64,000 bases of DNA from Gaiellaceae bacterium (GTDB lineage: Bacteria > Actinomycetota > Thermoleophilia > Gaiellales > Gaiellaceae), in the NCBI GenBank assembly GCA_035601195.1, contig DATNOU010000095.1, positions 3,002 through 67,001 of the forward strand, written 5' to 3'. The translations under genes and the position numbers were made by a program. Below, piece by piece: positions 18,804-26,838 of this stretch; position 1 is the first letter of the stretch; each line of letters starts with the position of its first letter. The notes under the pieces were generated by a model. It had not been told where the DNA came from. It searched no databases and worked only from the letters and a program-made list of their open reading frames with translations.

Positions 18804-18827
18804 GCGCTTCACCGCCGGGTGAAGCGC
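18804..18827 (+). terminator. Stem-loop after the TetR gene (GCGCTTCACC-gccg-GGTGAAGCGC)
   Basis: A perfect 10-bp stem lies 10 nt after the TetR stop. No clear U-tract follows, so its function as an intrinsic terminator is uncertain. Confidence 0.4.
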
Positions 18828-19051
18828 CGCCCTTTCGGGGGATGACGCGGGCCGCCGACGGGGCAATGCTGCGTCCATGCTTTGCCGCTTAAAGGCGACG
18901 ACCCGGAGACTTCGGCTCTGCGGCCCAGCCGATGCCTCCGGGTTTGGTGTCGCCGCGAATCTGGCGCGCCTCCCGCACCCCTCTGCCTGGCGTCCGGCCG
19001 GAATGCGAGTCAGTCGGACTATAGCCAGTCGGCCCCATAAGTCAAGTGAGC

Positions 19052-19079
19052 TTGTGAAGTAGATATTTCGCCGTATAGT
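19052..19079 (+). promoter_or_regulatory. Candidate sigma-70-type promoter (TTGTGA-16 nt-TATAGT) for the HTH-TPR gene
   Basis: The only AT-rich patch in the 300-nt intergenic region. The -10 box ends 15 nt before ATG 19095 and no SD follows, which implies a very short or leaderless 5' UTR. Confidence 0.35.
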
Positions 19080-19094
19080 TCACCTTACGAAACC

Positions 19095-20437
19095 ATGCGC
19101 GATCAGTTGACCACCACGCCCCGCACCGCCCCGGCCGTCAGAACGACGCTCGGGGATCGCGTGCGCCAGCTGCGGATCGCGAAGGGCCTTACGCAGACGG
19201 AGCTCGCCGGCGAGCGCTTCTCGAAGGAGTACGTGAGCCAGATCGAGCGCGGCAAGACGCGCCCGACGGGCGAGACGATCGAGTGGCTGGCTGCGCAGCT
19301 CGGCGTCGACCAGAGCTTCCTCGAGACGGGCGTCTCCTCGAGCGAGCGCGAGCGTGTCGAAAGCGTCATCGCGCGTGCCGAGGCGGCTCTCGAGTCGAAC
19401 TCGCACCAGGACGCGGTCGACGAGCTTGCGCAGCTCGGCGGAGCACTCGAGTCCGTGGCCGTTCCGGCGTTGCAGCTCCGCGCCCTCCTGGCAGACTCCT
19501 GGGGGCGCATGAACCTCGGCGAGGTGCGAGAAGCGATCGCCCGCCTGGAAGCGGCCCGCCAGCTCGCCGAAGCGCCGACGTTCAGCGACGTCGACCGAGC
19601 CGAGATTCTCTACCGCCTCGGAGTCTGCAGGTACAAGCTTTCCTCCATCTCGACGGCCGTCGCGCTCCTCAGCGAGGCGCTCGACCTCGCCGAGCGCTCG
19701 GGCCTCCCCGCCGACCGTCTGCGCTCGAACGCTCTTGGCTGGCGCTCCCGCTGCTACAGGCGACAGCGTGACTGGGAAGCCGCTCGCGAGGACGTCGAAC
19801 GCGCGCTGAGCTCGCCGAGGGCCTCAACGACCGGCGCACGGTCGCCCACCACTACTTCCAGGTCTCGCTCATCGCCGAGCGCACGGGCCACTGGGTCCTC
19901 GCCCGTTCCTACGCCGAGCGCGCAAAGACCCAGTACGAGGAGCTCGCCGACCAGGCAAACGTCGGAAAGCTCCTGAACAACCTCGGCGGCCTCAACTTCC
20001 AGCTCGGCAAGCCGCAGGAGGCGATCCGTCACCTGAAGGATGCGTACCGCGTCCTCCTGGATGTCGGCAGCGAAGCCGACGCCGGGTACGTCGTCTCCTC
20101 GCTGGCGCAGGTTCACCTTCGCACCGGCGAGCCGAAGCTCGCGGAGGAACAAGCGAGGCACGCGCTCGAGCTCCTCGGTGACCGGGTTGACGTCCTCGAT
20201 GAGATCGGAAACGCCCAGCTCGTGCTCGGGCGCTCACTCCTCGAGCAGGATCGTCTCGACGAGGCGGATGAGCTTTTCAAGGCTGCGGAGGCGAGCTTCG
20301 AGCAGCTCTCCTCGGTCAGCCACCGCGCCGCGGCGTGGGTCGCACAGGGCGACCTGGCTGTGCGCCGCGGCGAAGACAGGCATGCGGCGCACCTCTACCG
20401 GCGCGCGGCAGAGGCTCTACAGGACTTCCGGTTCTAG
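19095..20437 (+). pseudogene. HTH-XRE / TPR transcriptional regulator with frame broken near 19806-19810 (apparent 1-nt deletion)
   Basis: The N-terminal XRE HTH (LRIAKGLTQTELAGERFSKEYVSQIERGKTRP) and TPR-like helices are read in one frame up to ...EDVERAL. The TPR-like sequence then continues without stops in the -1 frame (ELAEGLNDRRTVAHHYFQ...AEALQDFRF*) to 20437. Combined length is about 447 aa, matching the paralog at 32844..34145. Confidence 0.75.
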
Positions 20438-20454
20438 GAAGGGAGGTGACGTAC

Positions 20455-20553
20455 ATGAACGCACGTCAAATTCAGCTTCTCGTTCTACTGACGCTGCTGG
20501 CTTCGTTCCTCGCCAAGGTGCACATGGCGATCGGCTTCTTCGACGGTCACTAG
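20455..20553 (+). CDS. Candidate small hydrophobic peptide (32 aa) directly downstream of the HTH-TPR regulator
   Basis: ATG 20455 is preceded by GGGAGG with an 8-nt spacer, 17 nt after the regulator stop. The product is MNARQIQLLVLLTLLASFLAKVHMAIGFFDGH, signal-peptide-like with a polar/aromatic C-terminus. No homology evidence is available. Confidence 0.4.
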   Translation: MNARQIQLLVLLTLLASFLAKVHMAIGFFDGH

Positions 20554-20730
20554 CGGGGCGGAAGGATCTGGAGTCCTCGCGTCGAATGTTCGACGGCGCG
20601 CGACCTGAGACTTTCGACGATGGAACCACGTCCTTCCCTCCGCCCACTCGCCCCGTTGATCGGAACGCTGGCAGCACTGTGGCTCGTTACGGCCGGCCTG
20701 ATCGCGGCGCAACTGCTGGCGGGTTAGCAG

Positions 20731-21132
20731 CTAGTCGTTCGGGCCTTCGGCCCCGACGTCGACCTGCATTGCCGCCCTCATCAGCTCCCGCAGGCTGACG
20801 ACGCCTATCGTCCTACCCTCTTCGACCACCGGCAGGTGGCGAAAGCCCTGCTCGAGCATCGTTCGCATGGCCTCGTCGGCAGATGTCGCCTCCGTGGCGG
20901 TCATCGGATCCACGGTCATCCATTCACGCACGCGCGCCTCGCTCGTGTGCACGCGCCCGGCGACTGCCCGGAGGAGATCCCGCTCGGTGAGGATGCCGAT
21001 CAGCCGCCCGGAATCGAGCACCACGGCGGACCCCACCCCGTCCTCGGCCATCCGCTCGGCAGCCTCTCCCAGCGTGTCCTCCGGCGCGACGGAAACCACC
21101 GCGCCTGTCATGAGCTCACTCAGACGCGTCAT
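20731..21132 (-). CDS. CBS domain pair protein
   Basis: 133 aa. Two CBS repeats are present (VVSVAPEDTLGEAAERMAEDGVGSAVVLD...GILTERDLL and ...MLEQGFRHLPVVEEGRTIGVVSLRELM). Confidence 0.85.
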   Translation of the reverse strand: MTRLSELMTGAVVSVAPEDTLGEAAERMAEDGVGSAVVLDSGRLIGILTERDLLRAVAGRVHTSEARVREWMTVDPMTATEATSADEAMRTMLEQGFRHLPVVEEGRTIGVVSLRELMRAAMQVDVGAEGPND

Positions 21133-21191
21133 CCGCCGAGCATAGCCCCGCCGTGGCCCGCCCGCCAGACGGGTTTCCTGGATGAATCCGT

Positions 21192-22163
21192 GTGCGGGCC
21201 CCAGCGGTACAGTTGCCTGGAGTGCGTTATGTCCTCATGGCCGCGCTCGCGGTCCTGCTCGCCGCCTGCAGCGGCAGTTCCGGCGACACGGCGAGCTCCC
21301 CCGCCACGCAGAAGGGCGCACAGCTGCCCTCGTGGGTCAAGCAAGCGCTCTCGGCGAAGAGTGGGCCAGACGTGGCGGTGACGATGGGGTCGCAGGATTT
21401 CGCCGTCGGAGACAACCGCGTCGTCTTTCTCGTGGTGCGCGGGAACGGAGCGCTCGTCCAGGCTCCGACGGCGGCGATCGAGTACGCCCGCGACGGCGAC
21501 GTGCCGCAAACCGCGAAGGCGACCCTGCAGCCGCTCGGCGCGCACGAGCATGCGCACGAAAACGAGGTCGAACCCCACGACCACCTCGACGTCACCGACG
21601 TCTACGTGGCTCACGTGCAGACGCCGAAGCCGGGCCGCTACTGGTTCGTGGCCGATCCGGCGGGCGAGAACATCCAGGCTGTCGGGACGCTCGAAGTGCA
21701 AAAGCAGTCTGTTTCGCCCGCGCTCGGCGCCAAGGCACCCGCGTCCGACAACCCCATACTGGCCTCCGCGCCCGCCAAGGACATCACGACCGCCCACCCG
21801 CCCGACACCGAGCTGCTCCGCTACTCGATCGCGGACTCCATCCAGGCGCGTGTGCCGTTCGTTGTCGTGTTCGCGACGCCGGAGTTCTGCGTCAGCCGAG
21901 TCTGCGGACCGACCGTGGAGGTTGTGCAGAAGGTGGCGAAGAGGTTCGACCGCGGCGGCGTCCGCTTCATCCACGTCGAGATCTATAAGGACAATGATCC
22001 GAAGAAGGGCTTCAACAGGTGGGTACAGGAGTGGAATCTGCCGACCGAGCCCTGGGTTTTCCTCGTCGATGGCAGCGGGGTGATCAGGGGCAAGTTCGAG
22101 GGAGCAGTCTCGGTGGCCGAGCTCGAGAGCGCAGTCCGAAAGGACCTTCTCGCCACTTCTTGA
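21192..22163 (+). CDS. Lipoprotein with C-terminal thioredoxin-like (redoxin/TlpA-like) domain
   Basis: The lipobox is LLAAC. The C-terminal FVVVFATPEFCVSRVCGP ... WVFLVDGSGVIRGKFEG resembles thiol-disulfide oxidoreductase folds. The start is uncertain (ATG 21192 or GTG 21222). Confidence 0.6.
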   Translation: MRAPAVQLPGVRYVLMAALAVLLAACSGSSGDTASSPATQKGAQLPSWVKQALSAKSGPDVAVTMGSQDFAVGDNRVVFLVVRGNGALVQAPTAAIEYARDGDVPQTAKATLQPLGAHEHAHENEVEPHDHLDVTDVYVAHVQTPKPGRYWFVADPAGENIQAVGTLEVQKQSVSPALGAKAPASDNPILASAPAKDITTAHPPDTELLRYSIADSIQARVPFVVVFATPEFCVSRVCGPTVEVVQKVAKRFDRGGVRFIHVEIYKDNDPKKGFNRWVQEWNLPTEPWVFLVDGSGVIRGKFEGAVSVAELESAVRKDLLATS

Positions 22164-22217
22164 GAGTGATAGGATCGCCTCACTTCATTTCGTAAAGTAA
22201 CTCTGGGAGGTGTCTGG

Positions 22218-23075
22218 ATGGCCGAGAACGGCTACGCGAAGCCGGTGCTCGTGACGACCGATTGGCTGGCGGAGCACCTGGGCGACGACGGCATCGTCGT
22301 GGCCGAGGTCGACGAGAACCCCGACCTCTACGACGAAGGGCATATTCCCGGCGCGGTCAAGCTTCACTGGCGCGAAGACCTGCAGGATCCGATCGAGCGC
22401 GACGTCGTCGACCGCGAGACCTTCGAGCGCCTGCTCGGCGAGCGCGGGATCGGCAACGACACCGCGATCATTCTCTACGGGGACAAGAACAACTGGTTCG
22501 CGGCCTACGCGTTCTGGTACCTCAAGGTGTACGGCCATTCCGACGTCCGCATCCTCGACGGCGGCCGGCAGAAGTGGATCGACGAAGACCGTGAGCTCTC
22601 CACCGACGTGCCCTCCCCCGAGGCGGAGTCCTACAGCGCGCAGGAGCGCGACGAGTCCATCAGGGCTTACCGCGACCAGGTGCACGGATGGCTCGGCGAG
22701 TCGACCCGAGCGCTTGTCGACGTCCGCTCCCCGGGCGAGTACGCGGGCGACCTGATCGCGCCTCCCGGCTACGAGCAGGAGGGAGCGCAGCGCGGTGGCC
22801 ACATTCCCACCGCAGCATCGATTCCCTGGGCCAGCGCCGTGCGGGACGATGGGACCTTCAAGAGCGCCGACGAGCTGAAGGAGCTCTACGGCGGCAAGGG
22901 CATCACGCCCGACAAGGAGGTCACGGCGTACTGCCGCATCGGCGAGCGCAGCGCGCACACGTGGTTTGTCCTGCGCGAGCTCCTTGGGTACGAGCGGGTG
23001 CGAAACTACGACGGCTCGTGGACGGAATGGGGCAACCTCGTGGACGTGCCCATCGAGAAGGGAGCGGGCTCCTAG
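22218..23075 (+). CDS. Thiosulfate/3-mercaptopyruvate sulfurtransferase (tandem rhodanese)
   Basis: 285 aa. Typical SseA/CysA-like sequence (DWLAEHLGD, GHIPGAV, active-site loop YCRIGERSAHTWF). Confidence 0.85.
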   Translation: MAENGYAKPVLVTTDWLAEHLGDDGIVVAEVDENPDLYDEGHIPGAVKLHWREDLQDPIERDVVDRETFERLLGERGIGNDTAIILYGDKNNWFAAYAFWYLKVYGHSDVRILDGGRQKWIDEDRELSTDVPSPEAESYSAQERDESIRAYRDQVHGWLGESTRALVDVRSPGEYAGDLIAPPGYEQEGAQRGGHIPTAASIPWASAVRDDGTFKSADELKELYGGKGITPDKEVTAYCRIGERSAHTWFVLRELLGYERVRNYDGSWTEWGNLVDVPIEKGAGS

Positions 23076-24049
23076 GCCCGATCCAAGCGGTCGACTATCA
23101 CGCCGCCGGTGAGCCGTTCCGCATAGTCACCGGGGGTGTGTCTCCTCTCGAGGGTCGGACGATTCTCGAAAAGCGGCGCTTCGCGGCCAAGCGCCTGGAT
23201 GAAGTTCGCCGTCTGCTGGTCTATGAGCCGCGCGGCCACGCGGACATGTACGGCTGCCACGTGACCGAGCCCGAGGACGAGGCCGCCGATCTCGGCGTCG
23301 TCTTCTTCCACAATGCGGGCTACTCGACAGCGTGTGGGCACGGGACGATCGCCCTGGTCACATGGGCGCTCGAGTCGGGGCGTCTTGAAGGGGAGGAGCC
23401 GGAGACGCGCGTGGTCGTGGACGTCCCGTCGGGGCGGCTCGAGACTTTCGCGCGGGTGCAGGACGGGCGCGTGACGTCCGTCCGCTTCCGCAACGTGCCC
23501 TCCTTCATCGTGGCACGGGATCTCGCGGCGGCCGGTGTCTCCGCAGACCTCTCCTTCGGTGGAGCTTTCTACGCGTCGGTGGAAGCGCCGTTCCCTGTGG
23601 AGCCGGGAAACCTGCCGCGTTTCATCGAGCTGGGACGTGAGGTCAAGCGTGACCTCGAGGCGCAGCAGGACTTCGTTCATCCGCTGGAGCCCGAGCTTCG
23701 GGACCTCTACGGCGTCATCTTCTGGCAGGCCGAGGGGGTCGGCCCGCCGCTTGTCCAGCGAAACGTGACCGTCTTCGCGGACGGCGAGGTCGACCGCTCC
23801 CCGTGCGGGAGCGGGACCTCGGCTCGGCTGGCGCTCCTGGAGACGGACGGCGCGCTCGCCCGCGGCGAGGAGCTCCTCCACCGGAGCATCATTGGTACCG
23901 AGTTCCGGGCCCGCGTCGTGGGAGACGCCGTGGTGGACGGGATCCCAGCGGTCGTCACGGAGGTCGAAGGGAGCGCCCATTACACGGGTCGCCACGAGTT
24001 CGCACTCGACCCCGCCGACCCGCTCGGAGACGGCTTCCTCCTCCGGTAG
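23027..24049 (+). CDS. Proline racemase family enzyme (proline racemase / hydroxyproline 2-epimerase type, Cys/Cys)
   Basis: Conserved DYHAAGEPFRIV, YSTACGHGTIAL and DRSPCGSGTSARLA motifs are present, so both catalytic positions are Cys. The nearest in-frame ATG (23027) overlaps the rhodanese gene by 49 nt, and the start is uncertain. Confidence 0.8.
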   Translation: MGQPRGRAHREGSGLLGPIQAVDYHAAGEPFRIVTGGVSPLEGRTILEKRRFAAKRLDEVRRLLVYEPRGHADMYGCHVTEPEDEAADLGVVFFHNAGYSTACGHGTIALVTWALESGRLEGEEPETRVVVDVPSGRLETFARVQDGRVTSVRFRNVPSFIVARDLAAAGVSADLSFGGAFYASVEAPFPVEPGNLPRFIELGREVKRDLEAQQDFVHPLEPELRDLYGVIFWQAEGVGPPLVQRNVTVFADGEVDRSPCGSGTSARLALLETDGALARGEELLHRSIIGTEFRARVVGDAVVDGIPAVVTEVEGSAHYTGRHEFALDPADPLGDGFLLR

Positions 24050-24063
24050 CCGCGAACGGGATC

Positions 24064-24095
24064 GGGGTCCGGGATCGGGGTCAGACCCCGGTGTC
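24064..24095. repeat. REP-like copy flanking the 3' end of the RAYT gene
   Basis: ggggtccgggatcGGGGTCAGACCCCggtgtc lies 17 nt from the RAYT stop. Confidence 0.7.
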
Positions 24096-24111
24096 GAAAG
24101 AAGACATGGCC

Positions 24112-24663
24112 CTACTCGACCCTCGCTTCATCCACGAATCGGCCGAATGCCTGGCGCGCTCGGTCTTCATCCGCCCCGAAGAAGGCCAGAACCCTGTCTG
24201 CCGTGTGAAGTGACGAGCGAGGGCCTCGAATCACGTCGCAGAAGCTGCTCCAGCGCCATTCCGCAGGCGATACGCAAAGACCAGCACGGACAGGATTCAT
24301 AGCGATGTAACGCGTGAGCTCCAGGAGGTGCCAGTCGCTTTCGACGAGGACGGCGTGGAACCGGCCTTGAAAGACATGCCCGACGAACCCATAGTCGCGA
24401 TTGAACCACTGCGCGTACTCGCCGTTGATGGTCTGCATGCCTGCGGAGAGGTCGGCCTCAGGGGTCTCGAGCAAGAGGTGGTAGTGGTTCTGCATCAGGC
24501 AGTAGCTATGGATCAACCACCGCCGGCGAGCCGTGACCTTCGTGACGAGTTCTAAGAAGAGGATTCGATCCCCGTCAGAAAGGAAGATCGGTTCCTTCCG
24601 GTTGCCGCGACAGGTGACGTGATAGATCCCGCCGGCGATCAGCCTGCGTCGAGAACGGGCCAT
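24112..24663 (-). mobile_element. REP-associated tyrosine transposase (RAYT; IS200/IS605 Y1 transposase-like)
   Basis: The Met at 24663 (MARSRRRLIAGGIYHVTCRGN...) begins the protein. The HUH motif is NHYHLLLE and the catalytic Tyr context is LTRYIAMNPVRAGL. REP-like hairpins flank the gene on both sides. Confidence 0.8.
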
Positions 24664-24740
24664 GAAATCGAAGGTAGCGCTAGGCAATAGTCCGCCGATC
24701 CTCGACCGCGGTCCCGTTTCACTTGAGTGCGCCTTTTTCA

Positions 24741-24766
24741 ACAGGCGGGGTCAGACCCCGCTGTCC
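24741..24766. repeat. REP-like copy flanking the 5' side of the RAYT gene
   Basis: acaggcGGGGTCAGACCCCgctgtcc lies 78 nt upstream of the RAYT start and 3 nt from the stop of the next gene. Confidence 0.7.
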
Positions 24767-24769
24767 TTT

Positions 24770-25600
24770 TTAGCCGCGCAGGAGCGGGCGCGTCAGGCAC
24801 GTCGGCCCGCCGTCGCCTTTGCGGGAAATCTCGGCGCCGCGGTACACGCGCACGTCGACGCCGGCCTTCTCCATCCGCCGGCGTGTCTCGTCGTTCCCCT
24901 CGAGCGCGAGCGCCACGCGCGGGCCGAGCGCGAGGACGTTCGGCCCCATCGTCTCGAACTCCTCGTCCGGCACCTCGACCAGCTCGATACCGCGCTCCGC
25001 CAGGAGCTCCATGAGCCGGACGGGCATGAGCGGCGGGTAGGCAACCGCCAAGTCCACGTCGAGCGTCGAGAGTAAGGACATGAGGTGGAGCACCTCCCCG
25101 GCGCCGCGGAGGTGGGGCAGGTCAAACGCAGCCACGTCCACGCCCGGCAGAGCCTCCCCTAGCTGTCGGATCCCCTCGTCGTTCGTGCGGTAGCCGCGCC
25201 CCACGAGGAGGGTCCGCTCGTCGAGCCAGAGCGTGTCGCCTCCCTCCGCCATTGCAGGCGCGTCGAGCCTTCCGGCGATGGGCAGGCCGGCCTCGACGAA
25301 GTCCGCCGCCATCACCTCGACCTCTCCGCGGCGGCCCTCCTTGCCCGGCCGTAACATCACCGCGCCGTCGTCGGTCACGAGGGCAGGGTCGTAGACGTAG
25401 ATGGCGTCCGGGTCCAGCGAGTGGGGGGTCGCAGCCACGACCACCTCCGCCCCCGCGTCAGCGAGGAGCGCTCGAAACGCCTCGTGCTCCTCTTCCATGC
25501 GAGCCGGATCCGGCTCACCGCGCCACCCGTAAGGCTTCCACGCCGCCCAGGAGCCGGGGGCAGGCGGCCGGACGAGCACGCGCCGGAGCTGGGCGACCAT
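24770..25600 (-). CDS. Amidinotransferase-fold enzyme (arginine deiminase / dimethylarginine dimethylaminohydrolase-like)
   Basis: Typical family features are present, including the C-terminal GGPTCLTRPLLR with the catalytic Cys. The Met at 25600 (MVAQLRRVLVRPP) is preferred; a longer ORF start lies at 25705. Confidence 0.7.
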   Translation of the reverse strand: MVAQLRRVLVRPPAPGSWAAWKPYGWRGEPDPARMEEEHEAFRALLADAGAEVVVAATPHSLDPDAIYVYDPALVTDDGAVMLRPGKEGRRGEVEVMAADFVEAGLPIAGRLDAPAMAEGGDTLWLDERTLLVGRGYRTNDEGIRQLGEALPGVDVAAFDLPHLRGAGEVLHLMSLLSTLDVDLAVAYPPLMPVRLMELLAERGIELVEVPDEEFETMGPNVLALGPRVALALEGNDETRRRMEKAGVDVRVYRGAEISRKGDGGPTCLTRPLLRG

Positions 25601-25806
25601 GCTCTGACAGCCATACGCATCCCGACCGCCCGCGGCAGTCGGCCCCTGAGCGGCTGCAAAGCTGCGCCCGGCCGCGTCCTCGGCCGCCCGCGTATTTTCT
25701 TTCAATACGCAGGCTCCCTGTGTCCTTGCCGGGCTTGCTTTTCGCGCGCCAGGGGGCCAATGGCGCGAGCGGCCTGGATGCGATGGCGGGCGGTAACCTC
25801 CATCGC

Positions 25807-26838
25807 ATGGAGACTACTGCGCGGCTGACGATGCTCGACGCCGGCGGCGGCTGCGCGGCCAAGTACGCGGCAGGCCGTTTGGAGGAGCTTCTGGCCGGCT
25901 TCGCGCCCGCCTCTTCCGAGAATCTTCTGGTCGGGCTCTCGCCGGCCGACGACGCGGCTGTCTACCGCCTGGACGACGAGCGCGCGCTCGTCTTCACGAC
26001 GGACTTCTTCCCACCCATGGTGGACGACCCGGCGCTCTTTGGAGCAATTGCGGCGGCGAACGCGCTCAACGACATCTTCGCCATGGGCGCGAGGCCGCTG
26101 CTCGCCCTCTCCATCGCCGCCTTCCCCGAAGAGCTGCCCCTGGAGACCGTGCGGGCGATCCTCGACGCCTCGGCGGAAAAAGTCGCGGAGGCCGGCGCGG
26201 TTCTCGCAGGGGGCCACACTATCCGCGACGACACTCCGAAGTACGGCCTCGCGGCGATCGGGACCGTGCACCCGGATGCGATCTGGCGCAAGAGTGAGGC
26301 TCGTCCCGGCGACGCGTTGTTCCTCACCAAGCCGCTCGGAACGGGGCTCGTGCTCACCGCCGCGCACAAGCGGGCGGCCCGGGAGGAAGAGGTTGCGGCG
26401 GCGGTGGAATCCATGACCGAGTTGAACGGGCGTGCCGCCGAGGCGCTGCGACCGTTCGAGCCGAACGCGGTCACGGACGTCACCGGCTTCGGCCTGTTCG
26501 GACACGCCCGTGAGATGGCCGAGCGGAGCGGTGTGAGGATCGTCCTCGACGCGGGAAGCCTTCCCGCCCTCCCCGGCGCGCTGGCGGCCGCCAGGCGCGG
26601 CCTCAAGACCGGTGGCGATCAGCGCAACCGCGAGTACGTCGCCGGCTTCCTCACCCCTGACGGCCTTCCCGACGACCTCGCGACGCTTGCCTTCGACCCC
26701 CAGACGTCGGGGGGCCTGCTCGTTTCGCTCCCACCGGAGCGAAGCGCGGTCCTCGCCGCGAGCTTCCAGGCGGAAGACCTTTTCCTTGCGCTCGTGGGCC
26801 GCGTCGAGGAAGGGAACGGCGTCGAGGTCGTCCTGTGA
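25807..26838 (+). CDS. selD: Selenide, water dikinase (selenophosphate synthetase), Cys-type
   Basis: LDAGGGCAAKY is the N-terminal glycine-rich loop, with a TGC Cys codon rather than TGA. AIR-synthase-like motifs DDAAVY, DFFPPMVDDP and HTIRDDTPKYGLA are present. An alternative ATG lies at 25783. Confidence 0.85.
   Translation: METTARLTMLDAGGGCAAKYAAGRLEELLAGFAPASSENLLVGLSPADDAAVYRLDDERALVFTTDFFPPMVDDPALFGAIAAANALNDIFAMGARPLLALSIAAFPEELPLETVRAILDASAEKVAEAGAVLAGGHTIRDDTPKYGLAAIGTVHPDAIWRKSEARPGDALFLTKPLGTGLVLTAAHKRAAREEEVAAAVESMTELNGRAAEALRPFEPNAVTDVTGFGLFGHAREMAERSGVRIVLDAGSLPALPGALAAARRGLKTGGDQRNREYVAGFLTPDGLPDDLATLAFDPQTSGGLLVSLPPERSAVLAASFQAEDLFLALVGRVEEGNGVEVVL

Noticed and set aside
20620-20727. 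Second small hydrophobic ORF (35 codons) downstream of the HTH-TPR gene, considered as a separate feature
   Set aside because: It has no SD-like sequence and no independent support. It is mentioned only inside the finding rather than called as a gene.
24664-24741. Longer RAYT start (MKKAHSSETGPRSRIGG...) at 24741
   Set aside because: The extension runs into the REP hairpin and adds non-conserved residues. The Met at 24663 gives the usual short N-terminus before the conserved YHVTxRG motif.
25252-25782. Upstream part of the 528-aa ORF containing selD
   Set aside because: The translation is Pro/Arg-rich junk and overlaps the amidinotransferase gene on the other strand. The SelD homology begins only near 25807.
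25825-25833. Selenocysteine (TGA) recoding in selD
   Set aside because: The active-site loop codon is TGC (Cys). There is no in-frame TGA.
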